Assembly (NCBI GenBank): GCA_051362555.1
Contig: CM120641.1
Location: 43,158,401 to 43,222,400 of the forward strand
DNA: 64,000 nucleotides
Source of the DNA: Lingula anatina
Lineage: Eukaryota; Animalia; Brachiopoda
Direction: 5' to 3'
The translations under genes and the position numbers were made by a program. Positions 57,802 to 64,000 of this stretch are shown here, piece after piece. Below the pieces are notes generated by a model. The model was not told the DNA's origin and did no database searches. It saw only the letters and a list, made by a program, of their open reading frames with translations. Numbering within the stretch: position 1 is the first letter of the stretch; each line of letters begins with the position of its first letter.

Positions 57802-59726
57802 TGGCTAATTTCTTGCGTGTATGCATCAGTTTTTTTAACGTGTAGTGTGTGAGTGCGTGCACGTTCGCGTCAGCCTTGGCCTAGAAAAGAAACCACCGGT
57901 TTGACGAAGATATATATTTACCACTTAATTTCTGTTCTTTCATCTGTTAAATTTCTCAGGAGGTTTTCAGCCTACTGCGCAAGGGGCTATTTCAAATGCT
58001 GCTGGGGATATAAGTCATGGTTGAGGTTTTGATAGCTGTGCAGCACTCGCTTTTTAATGCTAACAATCTCCTCTCTAAATCATGCACCATTTCCATTTAC
58101 CATTCAGCAGTTGATGAAATCTCTCCCCGGATTGATCAGAGGAGAAACAAGGACAAACCATTAACAAATGATAGCGCGTTCCCGGGGCGCGTTCATCTGA
58201 GCTAGATGTCTGGTTGGTTGCATGCTCGCGTTCAAACCACGGCAAAAAGTCACGGTTGGGCTATTTTTGGCTGTTTAAGGTACATCGGGTGGTGTGTCTG
58301 TCAGTAGCGAGGAGTCGAGGCACACCAAGTATTTTGTTTTACATTCGAGGAAGGAAGTTGGCATTTGCAGACTACCAGCAGCTAGCGGCCAATACCATAG
58401 CTACAAAGCATACAGCAGTTCAGAGGGAATCCAAACAGTTTCCTCGACAGATCACACTGAATGTAACAGCCAACCAATTTGTTTTAGGGACATTACGCCA
58501 TAACGCCCAATACCTGAGTACCTCACAACTTGGAGGAGAATTAATTCTCTACTTATCCCGATAACAACCAGACAGGTGTTAATTAAAGGGACAATATCTA
58601 TACCTGCATTAATTCTCACTATCCATTCATTGCGGGCACGTACTAGTGGACGGAGCCAACTGAACATACCAAATAGGTAAGGCAATCTTCACCACAACTT
58701 GAGTGCGGACTTAGATTTCAAAAAATTAATTTCATATGCTGAATTAAGTCGTGGTCTTAGACTGTGTTTGATGAGTGTTGAGAAGATCTGTTGACTTGTC
58801 ATTCTGCTTTTTTTAATATCAGTTTTCAAATGTGGATTTTAACTTTTGTGTGTGTTAGTTTTTTTACTTAGAATAAGGTTAAGATCATATTAAAAGCTGG
58901 TTAAAATCCAATTCCTTTCACATATACCGGTATATGCCTATGTTTTAGATAATCTTCAGGGCAAACTAAAACCAAGTATGTTAAATTAACCTTGTCGTAT
59001 ATGGAACACTTAAGTAAAGGAAATGTACAGATAATTTTGTTTACTGTATGGATTTTATTTAAAGTTAATGTTGGTGCTTAGGTATCAATATTTGTGTATT
59101 TTGTCCCTATTTGCGATATCTTTGGAAGCTTTGTGGACAATTATACTTATTTTGTTTGAACGATGTACAAAAATGTATCTGTATTGGTATATATAATATT
59201 ATTTATTATTGTATGTTATATGTCATTTAATGTAGTTATACTGCACGTGAAGAACACTTAGTTGTCTTTATTCATGTCATAAAAAGATGGGACGAACAAG
59301 CTACTTGATATTGAGAGTATATAATAACCAGTGTCAACTCCGCTTAAATTGAGTTAAAACCAAATCTGTGTTTGTCTAAAAAGATTAAATAAGAGGTGGC
59401 ACACGTTATATACAGTAATAAGAAAAAGCAGACACATAAACTGTACATCCCTTGTTTTTGGCACATTCAGCTGTGCAAATTAAAACATCATTGCACTGCC
59501 AAGTTATTTACCCTACCAAGCATCAGAACCCAAAGGGAAAAAACCGATCAATTAATCACCAATTATTACGTAAGGCATGTGGAGACAATTGGCACTGCCA
59601 ATGGCGCTAATGAAATCCCAGTTCTGTTTCTAATATGGTAGTCAATATGTCCACCAAGTCATGCATGCCTAATGTCAATATTGCCAGCAAAAGTGGCTTT
59701 GTTTATGCATGTACATTCGCTGTACA

Positions 59727-59888
59727 CAGGTCCGTAGCCAGCTATTTTCAAGGGGGGGTATATTTGCCTAACAAAATGGACCTTTTAACATGAAATCTTA
59801 GCGTACCTAGATTAAATTTTATTCAGAGAGGGCCTTTTCCGGCAGAAAAGGTGGTTCCTTCTTAAAACCCCCCTGGCTAATGATCCGG
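59727..59888. mobile_element. Short degenerate MITE-like element
   Basis: caggtccgtagccag...ggggggg at the left and ccccccctggctaatgatccgg at the right form imperfect terminal inverted repeats. Confidence 0.5.
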
Positions 59889-62800
59889 TATAAAACACAT
59901 AGCTACACAATATCATTAATGTGCTAGGTACCGAATGCCAGCAGACCGATTATAAGGGCTATGGTTGTTTACCGGGCGAATGGTCTGTACTGTGGTGCCT
60001 TCTCTAATAAACAGAAAATGAAAAACATTTGTGGCCCAAACTAATATACCTGTATGGATGTTTTAATGGCTGTTGCTCGTAATTCAATTTCTCCGTGCCA
60101 TACTCGCCCATACCCATTGGATAAATTAAAATATTGGTATCATAAATAAAGAGATCTCAATTTTTTAGGGTGTACCGTTTAATTTATACCATAGTGTATT
60201 TATTGCAGCAAGAGGTGATATACTGGTTGAAATCTGTAAATCTTAATAAAAAGAGTGTAAATTGGTTCTTAAGTGACGCTTATCTGGAATCCACCGATCC
60301 GAATTCCGCAAATATGCGTGGTAAAATGCAGTTAACTGCCTTCCTTATCACAAATTACCATGAAAAGACACCTGGTACTGCCGCTATAACACGGAGCAGT
60401 GGACTTAATAACCAACTACCTAGGAAACTCCAAGATAGGGACGCCAAGTGTGCCAGTGTTCATACACACCGCTGTCTGTGTATTTAATGATTTACAAGCT
60501 GTAACAAATTACAGTTACACTGAAAAACTAACCCATCTTCCTCCTAGGTCATGTGCCCATCAAACCGCATAATGACGTACATTGATATCAGTTACGCCTG
60601 TAATAAAGAGTAAAACCGACGTAAGGTTAAGTGAGTTTTTCTCTAAATGTTACCCTGGAGCATTTTGACGAGCAGATTGTCTATCTCAACACAAACTAGG
60701 GGCGTCTAACTTAAGAATTTTTTTGTTTTATTGTGCGTTAAGTGTAATCAATCGCATACATTGCCATACATTTATTTAAACGTAGAGAAAGCGATTTTTT
60801 GTTTATTAATGACAAATGAGTTTTGCAACTAAACGGAAGATGATTTTTAACGTTATGTTGAGTACATTTGAGGTATTTTAATCTCGATTAATTAACTCCA
60901 TTTTGGATTCTTGGTAGCTTCTCTCGTAAATGGCGATGGAGGCTTGTGAATTTCATTAAAGGTTATATAGTTAGTATTCAGAAACGATTTTATATATTGC
61001 ACTTTTCCAGTCGAGACTCTTTTCATTTATTTTCACTTGTGGTAGATATATTTTAGTTGTTTGAAAAACATTAAAAATAGGATCCAACAAATGCTGGACC
61101 CGAGATAAGGACATCTGTATAAGCTTTTGCTGTGTAACTTTTACATGAAAAGTTTTAAAAGACAAGTTTTCATGCCCGCTACGTACCAACACTAAAATCT
61201 TTCACCGAATGCCTATTAAAAGTAAACATATTTTATCAACGTGGTCTACGAAAACTGCCTCTGTGTTCATTTATTTCTAATGGTAAATACTACTGGACAC
61301 TTGCGTTAGCACTGAACATTGGCACTTAATAAAACTTTGAACTAATGAACCGCTGTTCCAAAACAGATCAATCTAATAAATATTCAGCCCATCGAAACGC
61401 ATCCGTGTTTGATGATCCATATGGAGCTGTGGGTTGAACAAATTCTCTTGCCGTTTGTCCTTCCTTCGCTTATAGCTAGCTTGAGCCATATGTGGCTTCT
61501 GTTTAAAGATGCATACAAAGTTCATTTTTTGCCACAAAAACCGACCAAATGCCAGCATATAGTTTCATGTAGTATAACTAAGAGAATTACCAATTTTACC
61601 TGAAAATGATGTTTGAACGGATTTTTCTGCTAGCATTCTATGCTGTATGTCAATGGGGCAGAAAAGTAGGTCACGAAAGTAGGTTAAATTTCCGACCAAA
61701 ATTTTAAAGAAAGGAGCAGTCTCAAGCTCTTTTATGGCTGATAGAGTGATCTATTCAGTTTATCCCTTGGCCTGTCGAATTTATTAGAGTCGTATAAAAA
61801 ATTAGTAGAAGTTGTTTACATGTGTTATTGGGAACCCACGCTCCACCGATATTCGGTTCGTATGTACCTTTAATGTAGAAGACGAAAAGTCGAGAATCAT
61901 TAATATGTGTTATACTTCTTACTAGTAAGTTTTCCTCTGTGTAAGCGATGGTTACGGTTTGTACACGCATTTGAGATATTGGATGTCCATAATCGAGAGC
62001 ATGCAAAGTTTACGTTAGGTCAGTTAATTGACTGTTCAGCCTTGACTTTTATGTCCCTGGGGTACCTTTCCTGGAACCACTCTTCACTGACAACGAGAAG
62101 TTCTCCTGCAAGTAGTCATAGATTGCTGTGTTTGAAAATACATAATAAGACTATTGGTATTAACAAGAATGTATTAACAAGGAAAAAGAGCACTCCAAGA
62201 ATAATGGCCACCGCCTGGAAGGTTATTAAATTATTTAGGAGATATTTGGAGACTAGGATTATCATTACATTTCAATCAAACAGCACTTCTTTCCTTCCTT
62301 AATAATGTCTTTCTTGGAAATATCATCATTTTTATGAGATATCTTACTCTCTAACGAATAAATGTACAGACTAATCATCGCACATGAAAATTTCCTTCTA
62401 CGAGTACCTAGCTTCTTTGCAGGCCCATTTACATTGTGGGACAACCCAAATCAATTGATTAAATCTTATGAAGATGTGAAAGGATTACAGGACGTAAGCG
62501 TAAACTTTAAAGAATAACTAATTTCAATAAACCCTGTCTAAAAATGTCATTCCAGGAATAAAGTCATATATGATTATTTAAAATGCAATTGCGTTTTTTA
62601 TCAATGATGAAAAGGTGGCAATCGGTAGACCTCTATCAAATGCATAATTGGCGACATCAAACTGATTGAAAATCATTAGTTTTCTTGAAATGTTCCAAAT
62701 GTGTTCGCACTTCACTTTCACTGGTGGCCATCATTAAAAGTAAACCCACAATTTAATTTAATTATACTTTCAAATGAAATCTTAGCTGTAAATCAATCAT

Positions 62801-64000
62801 CCTCTCAAGTGCACCGGAAGTAACAAAAACATGGCGGCACTAACTTTTTATGGACAGACACTATGGATCTGGATATTCATGCATATCAACCACCTGCGTC
62901 TGTCGTCGCCGTCTCTGTACATATATGCCCTTTTCTTGTCAACACACCGTATTACCTGTTATTCTCAAGCTACCATGAATAATTTTCAAGACTAAAATGC
63001 AGCTCGAGTACAAAAACCACCCTGATTGAATAATATTTTCTTTCAACTATGCATTAAAAATTTAATTCTGTTTACACATATCGGCATTCTCAAGGTGTGA
63101 TTTTGAACTCCCATGGTCCTGAGTCCCTGTGCTACTTGTTCTAAATGGCCAAAGTAGCAGTAAAACATAATTATAAAAATTGGTGACGATTATGCTGTTA
63201 AGAATAATGTAATATTGCTTCAAAATTGTCAAGAAAAACTTATGTTGTGTACTGCCACCGTTAATTATTATCTTGATTATTCTCAAACGTACAAGGACGA
63301 TTCTTACAATGAAAATACATCTCGCGTTAAAAAACACAGCCAGATTGGATTTTCGTAAGTTCTATAAAATTCCATTCCATTCTATGAAATGTAGCTCCCT
63401 CTCCTAATTGATGTCTACTTGCTCCTTGCTGAAAAACCTCTTTCAAAATTTCGTATTTCTGAGCCTGCTTTAATACAGTCGTGCTGTATGGTATTTATTC
63501 ATTTTGATAGGGGTATGTTCATGCGGGTAGTTATAAGCTTTACTCTCGTACATCAGTATTTGTTATGGCTTTTAGTAGGACGTTATATCCCATATCTATG
63601 CCATCAACTTTGCTACAGAACCAAAAGTTAACACTGCTGCTGCGAATCCACCTTTTGTGGAGAATGATTTTCATTTCAACCCATCATCTGGTTGTAAACT
63701 TATCGAGGTAAAACTAAAAAAATAATAATACTCTTGTCAAACCATTTTCATTATGTGCTGAAATGCAACGTGTTTATTGTTTTACGAAATTGCGAAATTG
63801 ATATTAGCACCACCACTGTAATCTGTCAGTCTTTTACTGTCCTTTGTGCACACTATGATATGATATGAGCGACTATGGCTCAGTACCTCTATGAAAAACT
63901 TGCCACATCTTCACAGGGCCAAGGATAAAATGGGATTTATTGTCCTAGGATACTGTCAAGCTTATGTAATCTTTTCGCAACAGTTAATGGTTATTACACA

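Noticed and set aside
60170-63631. ORFs of 61-131 aa near the window end
   Set aside because: No recognisable domains (no transposase or RT motifs) and intergenic composition.

Overview
AT-rich, intron-rich eukaryotic (animal, probably marine invertebrate; taxon not determinable from sequence alone) genomic DNA. Four protein-coding genes were reconstructed by hand, all on the + strand: (1) a 3-exon, divergent core-1 beta-1,3-galactosyltransferase (C1GALT1/T-synthase)-like GT31 gene (1556-4514, ~304 aa); (2) a ~22-exon CASD1 O-acetyltransferase gene (7206-21550, ~790-840 aa depending on two candidate cassette exons); (3) a 26-exon secreted VWDE-like gene with a VWD domain and 14 EGF repeats (24523-42979, ~1637 aa, two GC-AG introns, a mucin-like insert, apparently no N-terminal D8C module); (4) an orphan single-pass membrane protein (53636-54070, 144 aa) with a probable upstream non-coding exon. 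Introns and intergenic DNA hold several non-autonomous DNA transposons (PIF/Harbinger-like MITEs, a TA-flanked MITE, a Helentron/DINE-like element), a long 3'-UTR hairpin, a 32-bp minisatellite and microsatellites. Most short ORFs in the supplied track are exon read-throughs or spurious. No prokaryotic systems, rRNA, tRNA or CRISPR arrays were seen.
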